A stretch of DNA of 64,000 bases from a bacterium (GCA_965219955.1 OZ244799.1:2368001-2432000), one strand, 5' to 3'; counted from the first letter of the stretch, positions 18,530 to 28,419 are shown. Program-made: numbers and translations. The notes: generated by a model from the sequence alone, not told the origin.

Positions 18530-19858
18530 ATGAACGCTCACGACCTGAAAAGCTGGCTCGCACGCCTCGATGAGAGAGGATCGCTCAAGCGCGTATCGCG
18601 CAGCGTATCGCTCCGCCATGAACTCGCCGCGCTCTCCCAGAAAGAGGACGGGCGAAACGCCCTCCTTTTCGAGCGGACCGACGGCGCGCCGATGCCCGTC
18701 GCCGCCAACGTCGCCTGTAAGAGAGAATGGTACGCGGACGCCATGGGGGTCGCGCCCGGGGAGTTGCTCCGCGAGGTGCAGCGCAGACAGGAAATCAAAA
18801 TCAAGCCGAACGCGGTCGCCGATGCGCCGTTTTTACGCAACGTCATCACGAAAGATATCGACGTCCGGAAAATCCTCCCCCTGCCCACCTACCATGAACT
18901 CGACGGCGGCCCCTACATTTCCGCCGGCGTCTTCATCGCGCAGGACCCCGATTCCGGGGCGGGCAACGTGTCGATCCACCGGATGCACGCCCTGGAGCCC
19001 GACCTGTTCGGCCTGCTCGTCCTGCCGCGCCACCTGAAGGGGATGATACGGCGCGCCGCCGAGCGCGGGGAACCCTTAAAGGCGGCCGTCTGCGTGGGAC
19101 TCGACCCCCTGCTCCTGATGGCGAGCCAGCTCGTCCTCGCGCCCGGTGAGGATGAACTCGAAGCGGCGGGCGGGCTCAAGGGCCGCGCCGTGGACGTCGC
19201 CCCCGCCCCCTGGTCGGGGATTCCCGTGCCCGCGGGTGCGGAAATCGTGATCGAGGGGGAAATTCCGCCGGATGTGCGCAGGCGCGAAGGGCCCTTCGGC
19301 GAGTTCCCGCGCTACTACAGCCCGGCGGCGGAGCGCGAGGTATTCCGGGTGAAATCCATCGCCATGCGCGAGGAGCCCGTCTTCTATTCCATCGTGGCGG
19401 CGGGCTACGACCACCTGCTGATGGGCGCTATCCCCAGGGAGGCGGGGCTCCTGCGAGACCTCCAGAAGGCCGTCCCCGCCGTCACGGACGTCGTGCTCCC
19501 CCTCTCGGGCTCAGGCCGTTTTCACTGCGCCGTCCAGATACGAAAGACCAACGAGGGCGAAGCGAAAAGCGCCCTCATGGCGGCGCTCGCCGCGCACTAC
19601 GACGTCAAGCACGCCGTCTGCGTGGATCACGACATCGACATCCACAGGCCCTCTCAGGTCGATTGGGCGCTGGCGACGCGCTTTCAGGCGGATAAGGATC
19701 TGTTCGTCGTTCCCGGCGCGTGGGGCAGCCGTCTCGACCCATCGGCTGTGAATGGCGTCACGGCGAAGATGGGCCTGGACGCCACGGCTCCGCTAGGCGA
19801 ATTGGACGGCCATTTCCGCTCTCTCAGAATTCCGGGCGCCGAGGACGCAGAATTCTAG
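18530..19858 (+). CDS. UbiD family prFMN-dependent decarboxylase (HmfF-like)
   Basis: HELDGGPYISAG, NVSIHR, EIVIEG, REGPFGEFPRYY, VDHDIDI, WALATRFQA, LDPS, KMGLDAT. Confidence 0.92.
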   Translation: MNAHDLKSWLARLDERGSLKRVSRSVSLRHELAALSQKEDGRNALLFERTDGAPMPVAANVACKREWYADAMGVAPGELLREVQRRQEIKIKPNAVADAPFLRNVITKDIDVRKILPLPTYHELDGGPYISAGVFIAQDPDSGAGNVSIHRMHALEPDLFGLLVLPRHLKGMIRRAAERGEPLKAAVCVGLDPLLLMASQLVLAPGEDELEAAGGLKGRAVDVAPAPWSGIPVPAGAEIVIEGEIPPDVRRREGPFGEFPRYYSPAAEREVFRVKSIAMREEPVFYSIVAAGYDHLLMGAIPREAGLLRDLQKAVPAVTDVVLPLSGSGRFHCAVQIRKTNEGEAKSALMAALAAHYDVKHAVCVDHDIDIHRPSQVDWALATRFQADKDLFVVPGAWGSRLDPSAVNGVTAKMGLDATAPLGELDGHFRSLRIPGAEDAEF

Positions 19859-19891
19859 GCGACTCTACGAAATTTCTCTGAAGGGTCCGAC

Positions 19892-20854
19892 TTATTCCAG
19901 ATTCAGGTGCGGAAGCACTTCCTCTGTAAATCGTTCCAACTGGCCCATCTGATCCCGGTGGGTGAAGCGAAGAGAGATGTGCTCCGCCCCCGCATCAATG
20001 AAGGCGTTGATGCGCTCTACCAGGTCTTTCGCGGGGCCGTAGGTGCCCCATTTCTCGATGGAATCGCCCCAGAAAGGAGTGTAGTAGTAATCGAGCAGGA
20101 ACGCCTCGCCGTTTTTCATGGCCGATTCCTTGTCGTCGTCGATGCAGGTGGTCATGTACCACGCGGGCGTGCCCGGGTCGCGTCCGTTCTCACAGGCTAA
20201 GCGGACGATTTTCCCCCAGGTATCGCGAAACTCCTCGGGCGTCACGCGGTTGGGGAACCATCCGTCTCCAAACTTCGCCACCCTCTGCCAAGCGGTATCC
20301 ACTATGGCTGAGGCGATCCACATGGGCACGGTTTTCTGGATGGGCCTGTGCGCCAAGGTGACGTTTTCCACCTGGTAATATCTGCCCTCAAAAGTCACGT
20401 TCTCTTCCGTCCAGAGCCTGCGCATGAGCGTCATGTGCTCCTGCATGTAGTACATGCGCTTTCTGAACGGAACACCCAGGGTCTCGAACTCATGCACGCA
20501 CTCCTGGGGCTTCGGCGGGCCGATGCCGACGCCGAGAATCACGCGTCCTCCCGATATGACGTCGAGCGTCGCCACCTGGTAGGCGAGAAATACGGGGTCT
20601 CTCAGACAAGGCAGAAAAACGGCGGTCCCCAGCTTTACGCGCTTGGTCCTCACCGCCACGGCGGAGAGCACGCTGAGCGCCTCGAGTCTCGGCTTGGCGA
20701 GCACCGAATCGCCCACGAACACCGAATCGTAGCCGAGTTCCTCCGCACGTACGGCCAGGTCGATGATGGGGCCTACTTCCGGTACGCCCTTGTTCCAGAG
20801 CAACACCCCGCGCGTGGGGAGAAGCACGCCGAGTTTTACTTTTCTATCCGCCAC
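19892..20854 (-). CDS. LLM class flavin/F420-dependent oxidoreductase
   Basis: GVLLPTRG, GYDSVFVGDSVLAKPRLE, KLGTAV, TLDVISGGRVILGVG, GDGW. Confidence 0.9.
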   Translation of the reverse strand: MADRKVKLGVLLPTRGVLLWNKGVPEVGPIIDLAVRAEELGYDSVFVGDSVLAKPRLEALSVLSAVAVRTKRVKLGTAVFLPCLRDPVFLAYQVATLDVISGGRVILGVGIGPPKPQECVHEFETLGVPFRKRMYYMQEHMTLMRRLWTEENVTFEGRYYQVENVTLAHRPIQKTVPMWIASAIVDTAWQRVAKFGDGWFPNRVTPEEFRDTWGKIVRLACENGRDPGTPAWYMTTCIDDDKESAMKNGEAFLLDYYYTPFWGDSIEKWGTYGPAKDLVERINAFIDAGAEHISLRFTHRDQMGQLERFTEEVLPHLNLE

Positions 20855-20862
20855 TTCAAGGC

Positions 20863-22245
20863 CTAAAGGTGAATACCCGCGCTCGCGAGAATCCCGCGCA
20901 CGCGCTCTCGCTGCTCGTCTGGAATATGCAGCCGTTCCGCAAAGTCGCGCCCGGCGGGCTTGGTGGCGTCGATGCCCACTTTCGTGAGGGTATGATCCTC
21001 AGGGTCCGAAGTCGGGTCCAGGATGGCGCCCATCGCACCGTGGATGAAGTTGATGTCCTTATCCGCCCGCGTCCTCGTGATGACCGCCCAGGCGACATCG
21101 GAGAGATTGAAGATGTCCACGTCCTCATCAACGACCACGACACATTTGCAATAAAACTCGGTTCCGAGCGCCGCCATGATGGCCTGCTGCGGCTGGCCCT
21201 CGGCCGTCTTGTTCATCCGGACGATCGCCAGAAGCGCTCCCGCCGTATTCGAGGGAACGTGCACGGCGGAGACGCCCGGCAGGTTGCGCCTGAGCGTGTT
21301 GAGAATCTCCGCCTCGCGGCTCACGCAGGAGATGAGGATGTGATCCGCCGACATGCCCGAGGCCACGCTGTGGAGCATGGCGTCGCCGCGCATCTGCACG
21401 CGCTTGACGACGAACACGTTCTGTGTGCTGCGGTAGGACGCATAGCCGGTGAACTCGCCGAAGGGCCCCTCCTCCTCGCGCACCTCGTTCAGAATCTCTC
21501 CTTCAAGCACTATCTCCGCCCCTTCCGGGGCTTCCAGGTCCGCCGTCCCGCACCTGGCGACGCGATACGGCTCACCGAACAAGGCGCCGATGATCTCGTA
21601 TTTCCGCACTCCCGGCGGGTAGTGATAGGCCATCGAACCCATGTAGTGGACGGGGTGGACCCCGATGACGACCGCCGCGGGCAGGGGCTCGCCGGCGTCT
21701 TCGGCCTTTTTGTGAAAGTGGTACATGCGCCGGCGCGAATGCAGGGAGACGCCCAACCTGTTCTTTCCCTTGAGCTGCAAGCGGTGGAAGCCCGTCGTGT
21801 CCACGCCTGTTTCGGGATCTCGCGCCACGATCTGGCCCGCCGTGATGTAGGGAGCCGCATCCACGGGAAAATGAAAGGGAATGGGGAGTTTATGGAGATC
21901 CACCTCGTCTTCTTCGATGACGACTTCGCGCCAGGGAGCGTCCTCCACCACCTCCACGGGGAGGTAATTCTGGCAGCGGTCCTTGTAGGCGGTCGGCAGA
22001 TCGCCCGGCGCCACGTCGAGGCACGCCGCCAGGAGGTTGCGGTTGCCCGCGATGTTGGTGACGACCGAACCCTCGAAACCCTCCACGCGCTCGAAGATGA
22101 TGACGGGGTATCTGCCCGCGCGTTCGAACTCGAACACCGTGGGCGTGATGTCCTCCCTGCCGACGGGTTCTGCGATGCGCACGAGTTCTTCGGGGTGGTC
22201 TTTCTCCACCATCTCCAGGAAGCCGCGCAGGCTTTGGTCTACCAT
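20863..22245 (-). CDS. UbiD family decarboxylase
   Basis: DAAPYITAG, GFHR, EIVLEGE, EEGPFGEFTGY, VDEDVD, LDPT, KVGIDAT. Confidence 0.92.
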   Translation of the reverse strand: MVDQSLRGFLEMVEKDHPEELVRIAEPVGREDITPTVFEFERAGRYPVIIFERVEGFEGSVVTNIAGNRNLLAACLDVAPGDLPTAYKDRCQNYLPVEVVEDAPWREVVIEEDEVDLHKLPIPFHFPVDAAPYITAGQIVARDPETGVDTTGFHRLQLKGKNRLGVSLHSRRRMYHFHKKAEDAGEPLPAAVVIGVHPVHYMGSMAYHYPPGVRKYEIIGALFGEPYRVARCGTADLEAPEGAEIVLEGEILNEVREEEGPFGEFTGYASYRSTQNVFVVKRVQMRGDAMLHSVASGMSADHILISCVSREAEILNTLRRNLPGVSAVHVPSNTAGALLAIVRMNKTAEGQPQQAIMAALGTEFYCKCVVVVDEDVDIFNLSDVAWAVITRTRADKDINFIHGAMGAILDPTSDPEDHTLTKVGIDATKPAGRDFAERLHIPDEQRERVRGILASAGIHL

Positions 22246-22256
22246 CTCGCGTGCCT

Positions 22257-23048
22257 TTACCTGGCCCAGGAGCCGCGATCCGTATAGGGATTCTCGAGGG
22301 GCGGCAGGGGGGGAGCGCCGTCGCGGGGCGGCTCCTCATCCCAGAACTCGACCGCGATGACGCGCGCGGGCGCGCCCTCGGTGTCCTTGAGCTTCACCGC
22401 GCCCGTCACGAGCAGGACGCGCTCTTTCTGGATGGCGCCCATGTTCGTGCACCACTCGATGAGGCATATCCCGCGCTCGAGGAACTTGATGTGGTTGGGA
22501 CTCCAGTTCGGGGCGGGCCACTTGCGCTCCTCGGGGGGATAGAGCGGCGAATCACACGTCATGAAATCCTGGACGAGCGCCTTGATCCCCTTCTCGATGA
22601 GCCAGTCGGCCGCGTCGGTAGATAAATAGACCATGTGCTCCCAGAAATCGCGTGAGCCCCACATGCGATCGGTCCATTCCGCGCTGACGATGGCGATGTC
22701 TCCGGGGCGCACCTCCACGCCCGTGGCTTCCAAATCCTCGGCCGTCACGGACTCGGAATTGCCCTTGCCCGGCACCTTGAGCACGCAGGCGTCGCCGCAT
22801 ACGTGATCGAGCGGCAACTCGTCGTTCTTCAGCCCGTCGTGAAAGAAGTGATAGGGCGCGTCGTAGTGCGTGTAGCTCTGCGTGGTGGTGGTGAAGCCGA
22901 AGTTGCAGATGTGGTCCACGTCCAGCGTAGCGATGGGGGTGATGGTCGTGCCCGGAGCCGGCTTGTCGTAAATCTCATCGCGCGGAAACTGAACGTAGGT
23001 GTCCTCCGGGTCGACGGTGAGCGTGAGATCGACGAAGCGGTACGGCAT
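22257..23048 (-). CDS. cyclase family (kynurenine formamidase-like) metal-dependent hydrolase
   Basis: FVDLT start, THYDAPYH, GDIAIV, AADWLIEKGIK, LIEW, GAPARVIA. Confidence 0.8.
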   Translation of the reverse strand: MPYRFVDLTLTVDPEDTYVQFPRDEIYDKPAPGTTITPIATLDVDHICNFGFTTTTQSYTHYDAPYHFFHDGLKNDELPLDHVCGDACVLKVPGKGNSESVTAEDLEATGVEVRPGDIAIVSAEWTDRMWGSRDFWEHMVYLSTDAADWLIEKGIKALVQDFMTCDSPLYPPEERKWPAPNWSPNHIKFLERGICLIEWCTNMGAIQKERVLLVTGAVKLKDTEGAPARVIAVEFWDEEPPRDGAPPLPPLENPYTDRGSWAR

Positions 23049-23088
23049 GGCATTCCCCCTGTTGGAGCAAACGGATTTTGAAATAGAA

Positions 23089-23125
23089 GGCTCCCGCCGC
23101 CCATAAAATACGGACGGCGGGAGTC
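23089..23125 (-). terminator. hairpin / intrinsic terminator-like element after TAXI gene
   Basis: CTCCCGCCG...CGGCGGGAG stem, followed on the minus strand by TTCTATTTC. Confidence 0.5.
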
Positions 23126-23207
23126 AAACCTCAATTCATGAACCGACAGCGGTTCTCGTTCCTGCTTTTTCTGGCGGCGGACCACCTACCGCCGCTTGAG
23201 TCATAAA

Positions 23208-24182
23208 CTAATTCCAGCCCTTCTCCTTGCAGTAGCGGGCCGCGCCGTCGTGGAACGGAATACCCATCTGCGCTTCCTTGCAGCCCGTCTTGGCCGGGTC
23301 GAAGTTCCTGAGGCCCTTGTGTCCCGCCCGCAGGTCCTTCACGTTGTCGAGCAGGGCTTTCACAATATTGTACGCATCCTTGTTGCTGAGCGCCGTGGAG
23401 CCGAGGACTGCGGTAGTGAAGCCGAACGTGTTCTTGGGCTTGTCCTGCCCCGGGAACGTCTTGGCCGGCATGGTGGCTTTCAGGAAGCCTATCCCTAAGA
23501 GCTTGTTGCGGAACTCATCGGCGATGCCCAAGAATTTCAGCTTTTTCTGGATCGCGATCGAGGTGAGCGCCGGGTGGCCCGCGTTCACGGTGTGGCTCAG
23601 CATATCGGCCTGGCCGTCCTTCATGCGGCTCTTGATGGCGCCGAAGCCGGTGTGCGTCACCGAACCGCCCATCTTCTTGATGCCCTCATAGGTGATGCCG
23701 TGCGCTCCGAGCATGGCGCGCGTGGCCCACTGGCCCAGCCCGCCGCGCGGAACCGTCACGTAGTTCACGGGCACTTTCTTCAAGTCCAGGATGCCGTTCA
23801 CCTTGGGGTTCGTGGTGACGATGCCCAGGAAGTACTGATCCAGGCCGCCTACAAGCCCGCGCAGGTTCTTGTAGGGCTTCTTGTAGGCCACCTTGCCCTG
23901 ATAAGCCCAGGCCGCCGCAACGCTGAAGGTGAGCCCCATGCTGAACTTGCCGGTACCGACGAGCTTGGGGTTCCCTACGCCGCCGCCTTTGGAGAGGGCG
24001 TCGATCTGAACGCCCACTTTCGCGTTGTTCACGATGTTCGCCATGGTGGCCGAATACACGTGCCAGCCGCTGCCTTTTTTCCAGCTTCCCATCGTGAGGC
24101 GAGCCGCTTCGGCCTGAACGGCCACGAATGCGCCGATGGCCACCGCAAGAACAAAAACCATTTTCCAGGATGTGCGCTTCAT
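23208..24182 (-). CDS. TAXI family TRAP transporter solute-binding protein
   Basis: signal peptide, GSWKKGSGW, GGGVGNP, MKDGQADM, IPFHDGAARY. Confidence 0.88.
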   Translation of the reverse strand: MKRTSWKMVFVLAVAIGAFVAVQAEAARLTMGSWKKGSGWHVYSATMANIVNNAKVGVQIDALSKGGGVGNPKLVGTGKFSMGLTFSVAAAWAYQGKVAYKKPYKNLRGLVGGLDQYFLGIVTTNPKVNGILDLKKVPVNYVTVPRGGLGQWATRAMLGAHGITYEGIKKMGGSVTHTGFGAIKSRMKDGQADMLSHTVNAGHPALTSIAIQKKLKFLGIADEFRNKLLGIGFLKATMPAKTFPGQDKPKNTFGFTTAVLGSTALSNKDAYNIVKALLDNVKDLRAGHKGLRNFDPAKTGCKEAQMGIPFHDGAARYCKEKGWN

Positions 24183-24242
24183 GTCGAAAACTCCTCTGTT
24201 GGAAATACCACGAATATACTTCCGCCTATCATGCGTTTTTCG

Positions 24243-26114
24243 CTAAGCCATCGGACCCGCCGAATCCACGGCGAGGGCGCTTTTCTTCGCTCGTGCCAGA
24301 TGGCGCCAGAAAACAATGACCAGCAAAACGGAGCCGATGACGTCCGTCAACTTCTCGGGAACGATCAGCCCCAGGCAACAAATAAAGAATATCCCCCTCT
24401 CCCAACCTGCCAGGGGGAGCGATACGTGCCCGGTAATCGCCGCCGCCAGAGCCGCCACACCGATAATGCAGGTGATCGTTACCCAGAGCGTCTCACCGAG
24501 CGGACCGATGAACAGCATGGAGGGATTATATACGAACGCGAAGGGAATAAGAAATCCCGCCAAAGAAAGCTGAAACGCCTTCCAGCCCGTGGCGGTCAAA
24601 TCCGATTCGGCTACGCCCGATGCGACGTAGGCCGAGAGCGCCACCGGCGGCGTCAGCATCGAGAGAATGGCGAAATAGTAGATGAACATGTGCGCCGCCA
24701 GAACGGGGAGGCCGAGCTTGAAAAGCGCCGGACCCAGAAGCGTGCCCGCCATGATGTAGGCGGCGGCGGTCGGCATGCCCATGCCCATGATGACGCAGCC
24801 GATAAGCGTCAGACCAAGCGCGGGCAGGATCATTCCGCCCGAGATGTTGACGATGAGGCCCGAGAACTTGAGGCCGATTCCCGTATCGTCCACCACACCG
24901 ACCACGACGCCGGCGATGGCGCAGGGAACCGCGACGGGGACCGTCATGCGCCCGGCCTTCTCGAGCGCTTCGATTATCTTCTCGAACCCCATGCGGGTCC
25001 CCCTGCGCACCCAGCTGAGCACCACCACGCCGATGGCCGCCGAGGTGGCCGACCACATCAAAGTGAAACCGGCGATCATGTAGCCCAGGAGCAGGATGAT
25101 CGGAAAGAGCAGAAGACCGCGTTCCAGGAGGATGCTCTTGAGTTCCGGCATCTCCTCTTTGCTCAGACCCTTCAAGTTCAGCTTCTTCGCCTCCAAATCC
25201 ACCATGCAGAACAGCGAGACGTAGTAGATGATGGCCGGAATGGCCGCCGCGCCCGCCACCCTCAGGTAAGGGGTGCCCGTCATGTCAGCCAGGATGAAGG
25301 CCCCCGCCCCCATGATGGGCGGCATGAGCTGCCCGCCCGTGGAAGCCACCGCCTCCACCGCGCCCGCGTAATGGGGGGCGAAGCCAAGGCGCTTCATCAG
25401 CGGGATGGTGAAGATGCCGGTTCCTACGACGTTCGCCGTAGCGCTCCCGCTGATGGTTCCCATGAGGCTGCTGCTCACGATCGCCGCCTTGGCCGGACCG
25501 CCCCGGAACGAGCCGGTGAGCCGGATAGCCAGGTCGATGAACATGCGCCCGCCGCCCGAGACTTCGAGCGCCGCCGAGAAGAGCACGAAATAAAACACCA
25601 CCTCCACGCTCACGCCCAGCGGAACGCCCAGCAGGCCCTCGACGCCCAGAATCTGGAACTCGATGAACTCGGTCAACAGGATGAAGCGATGCCCGAGTGC
25701 GCCCGGGATCAGGTGGCCGAGAAAATTATAGGCCAGCGCCACGACGGCCACCGAGGTAACGCCCCAGCCGAGATAACGGCGCGAGGCCTCGACGGTCAGG
25801 AGGATATAGGCCAAGCCTAAGTAGATATAGCGCGTGGGCACCTCATCCACGTCGCGGATGCGCTCGTTCAGGAAGTTCCATTCCCACAGATAAAGCAGCG
25901 CGATGACCATGGCGATAACGGTCAGAACGTAATCGACGGGGCCTACGCGGCCTTCCTTGCGAAACGGTTTGGTGAGAAAGACGATGCCCAGCGCGAAGCT
26001 CAGGTGAAGAGGTCTGGAGGTGAAGACGTGAAGCATCCCGAAAAAGGCCCAGTAAAGCTGGATGACGGACCAGACGATAGCCAGAAGCGCAATCGGGTTC
26101 AAGAATCGCTTCAT
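24243..26114 (-). CDS. TRAP transporter fused 4TM/12TM permease
   Basis: GGPAKAAIVSS, SGSATANV, EAVASTGGQLMPPIMGAGAF, GMGMPTAAAY, TPPVAL; start MKRFLN. Confidence 0.92.
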   Translation of the reverse strand: MKRFLNPIALLAIVWSVIQLYWAFFGMLHVFTSRPLHLSFALGIVFLTKPFRKEGRVGPVDYVLTVIAMVIALLYLWEWNFLNERIRDVDEVPTRYIYLGLAYILLTVEASRRYLGWGVTSVAVVALAYNFLGHLIPGALGHRFILLTEFIEFQILGVEGLLGVPLGVSVEVVFYFVLFSAALEVSGGGRMFIDLAIRLTGSFRGGPAKAAIVSSSLMGTISGSATANVVGTGIFTIPLMKRLGFAPHYAGAVEAVASTGGQLMPPIMGAGAFILADMTGTPYLRVAGAAAIPAIIYYVSLFCMVDLEAKKLNLKGLSKEEMPELKSILLERGLLLFPIILLLGYMIAGFTLMWSATSAAIGVVVLSWVRRGTRMGFEKIIEALEKAGRMTVPVAVPCAIAGVVVGVVDDTGIGLKFSGLIVNISGGMILPALGLTLIGCVIMGMGMPTAAAYIMAGTLLGPALFKLGLPVLAAHMFIYYFAILSMLTPPVALSAYVASGVAESDLTATGWKAFQLSLAGFLIPFAFVYNPSMLFIGPLGETLWVTITCIIGVAALAAAITGHVSLPLAGWERGIFFICCLGLIVPEKLTDVIGSVLLVIVFWRHLARAKKSALAVDSAGPMA

Positions 26115-26265
26115 GGAAATTCCGTCCCCTTGGTGATGCGTTTTCACGAATAAACGCCAGACGCGAGCAATAGCGTCTCACATGAAAATTACGAGCGCAT
26201 TACGCGCATGAATTTCCAGTCTCACTTCACAGGCGACTTCACCTGCCTGCCATTCGGCGCCCGAT

Positions 26266-27450
26266 TCACTCCGCCCACGGGCGCGTGGTGGTCATCGTGA
26301 GGAGTTCGCATCCATCATCCGTCACGAGCACCATTTGCTCGATGTTCGTACCACCCACGTCGGGCAGCACGAACTGCGGCTCCACGCATAGCACCATGTT
26401 GCGCTCGAGGATCATCTCGTTATCGGGCCTGATGATGGGCGCCTCCACGGTTTCGAGACCAATGCCGTGCCCCGCCATGGGGAAGAGATGCCGCCCCGCC
26501 CCGTTCGCGTTGTCGTCCAGGAACCGGCTCGCCGCCGCGTGAACGTCCGAAGCCCTGGCGCCCGCGCGAACCGCATCCATCGAAGCTTCCGAAGTCGCGA
26601 CGGTCAACTCCAGCATCTCCTCCACGTTGTTCTCGAGTTTCTTTCCCGGAACCACTGCGGTGCGATTGACGTCGAACCCGTAGCCTTCCACCGCGCCCAC
26701 GTAGTCGAAGCGAATCAGATCGCCCGCCTCCAACTTTCTCTGGGTAGCCTGCGGCCAGCGCGAACCCCAACTCGCCCACGGGCCGCTGTGGACGCGGACG
26801 TAGCGCACGAAATCCGCCCCCGCGCGCATCCCGGCCGCGTGGCCCTCAGCGCACAAGTCGCTCTCGCTCACGCCGGGGCGGATTGCCTCGAAAATGGCGG
26901 TGTAGCCCGCCTCGACGATCTCCGCCGCGCGTTTCAAGTAGGCGACCTCAGTCTCGCTCTTCCTCGCGCGGAGCTGTTCCACCAGGGCGTTCGCGTTCGA
27001 GAATTGCGCCTCGGGGAGTGCTGTGGTCAAGTCGATATACATCGTGGCCGGCATGATGTCCTCACCGGCGATTCCCACCCGCGCGCTCCCGGCTCCCAGG
27101 CGCCCCAGTTGATTCACCAGCCCTGCGGAAATGTTCGCCTCCACCTGGACTTTTTCGACGTGCACCATCTCGCGGCGGTAATTCCTGTGATCCACGAAGA
27201 GCAGCGGCTCTTCTTCGAGCGGCAGGACGAGCACCCCATGGCCCATGCCCCGAACAGTTTCGCTGAAGGCTCCCGGCGGAAACGGCGGAAAATGGTTGGT
27301 GAGGTAGGTCAGGCTTCCCATGCGGTCATAAAAAGAGCGCCCGATGACGAGCAGAACATCCAGCTTCGCCTCGCGCATGAGGCCGCGCGCATTCGCAATC
27401 CTCTCCCTGATCTCTTCTTTGGAAGCGCCCGTTCCGTTCTCAAGGACCAT
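26266..27450 (-). CDS. Xaa-Pro peptidase / creatinase (M24) family hydrolase
   Basis: RARKSETE, FDYVG, FDVNRT, GHGIG, VEP, IEQ metal-ligand pattern. Confidence 0.88.
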   Translation of the reverse strand: MVLENGTGASKEEIRERIANARGLMREAKLDVLLVIGRSFYDRMGSLTYLTNHFPPFPPGAFSETVRGMGHGVLVLPLEEEPLLFVDHRNYRREMVHVEKVQVEANISAGLVNQLGRLGAGSARVGIAGEDIMPATMYIDLTTALPEAQFSNANALVEQLRARKSETEVAYLKRAAEIVEAGYTAIFEAIRPGVSESDLCAEGHAAGMRAGADFVRYVRVHSGPWASWGSRWPQATQRKLEAGDLIRFDYVGAVEGYGFDVNRTAVVPGKKLENNVEEMLELTVATSEASMDAVRAGARASDVHAAASRFLDDNANGAGRHLFPMAGHGIGLETVEAPIIRPDNEMILERNMVLCVEPQFVLPDVGGTNIEQMVLVTDDGCELLTMTTTRPWAE

Positions 27451-28419
27451 CTACTTGAACCTCGGCAAGAGTTCGGAGACGAAATTCTCCAGTTGCTCTT
27501 CCTGGCTGCCGCCCGCAAAGCGAACGACGAAGACGCGCGCTCCCTCGGCCGCGTATTCTCTTAACTGCTCCTCCACGCTATCGCCATCTCCTGCGATGAC
27601 GAGCAGTTGCTTTCGCACCTCATCGAAGGTCTTGTGGTAGTACTTGGAGAGAAATTCTCCGCACTGGGCCTCGGCCTTCGCTCCATCGGGGTTGATGTTC
27701 ATCGTGACGTAGAGGCACTGGGGAATGCTCCGTATCTCCTCCGTCCTGCCGAACTCATCGGCATAGCCGAGAATCTTCTCCCAGCACTGCCGGTAGAGGT
27801 CCGCCGTTATGGAGTTCGTTATCCAGCCGTCGGCGAAGCGCGCCACGCGCTTAAGGCCTGAATCCACCAGATTGCTCGATAGCCAGACCGGGGGGCCGCC
27901 GGGGGTTTTGGGCCTCGGTTCGAGCGCCACGCCCTCGAAGGAGAAATACTTCCCCGCGTAACTCGCATTGGACTCGTGCATGAGGAGCTTGAGTATCTCC
28001 ACGGTCTCAGAAAACCGGCGCGCGCGCTCGTTGATGGGAACGCCGATGGTCTCGAATTCGAACTTGAGGTCGGTGCGCCCCACGCCCAGGCCTGGCAGGA
28101 CGCGCCCGGGGAACATGCAGTCGAGCGTGCTCATCGACTGGGCGAGCATCACCGGATGCCTGAGCGCCGCGAGCATCACCGCCGTGCCGACCTGAACGCG
28201 TTTGGTCGAGGCGAGAACCGCCGCCCAGGTCGTGAAGCTCTCCATGCGCGGTTTCGCCAGCACACTGTCGCCAAGCCACACGGAGTCGAGGCCCAGGTTC
28301 TCGGCCTTTTTCGCTAAAGAAAAAATAGGGCCCGTATCCGGCGCCTCGCCCGCCGCCGCTACGACAACGCCGCGCGTGGGCAGCAGGTAGCCGAAATGAA
28401 AATTTCCCGTTTCATTCAT
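27451..28419 (-). CDS. LLM class flavin/F420-dependent oxidoreductase
   Basis: GYLLPTRG, DSVWLGDSVLAKPRME, GTAVM, PRP, ADGW. Confidence 0.9.
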   Translation of the reverse strand: MNETGNFHFGYLLPTRGVVVAAAGEAPDTGPIFSLAKKAENLGLDSVWLGDSVLAKPRMESFTTWAAVLASTKRVQVGTAVMLAALRHPVMLAQSMSTLDCMFPGRVLPGLGVGRTDLKFEFETIGVPINERARRFSETVEILKLLMHESNASYAGKYFSFEGVALEPRPKTPGGPPVWLSSNLVDSGLKRVARFADGWITNSITADLYRQCWEKILGYADEFGRTEEIRSIPQCLYVTMNINPDGAKAEAQCGEFLSKYYHKTFDEVRKQLLVIAGDGDSVEEQLREYAAEGARVFVVRFAGGSQEEQLENFVSELLPRFK

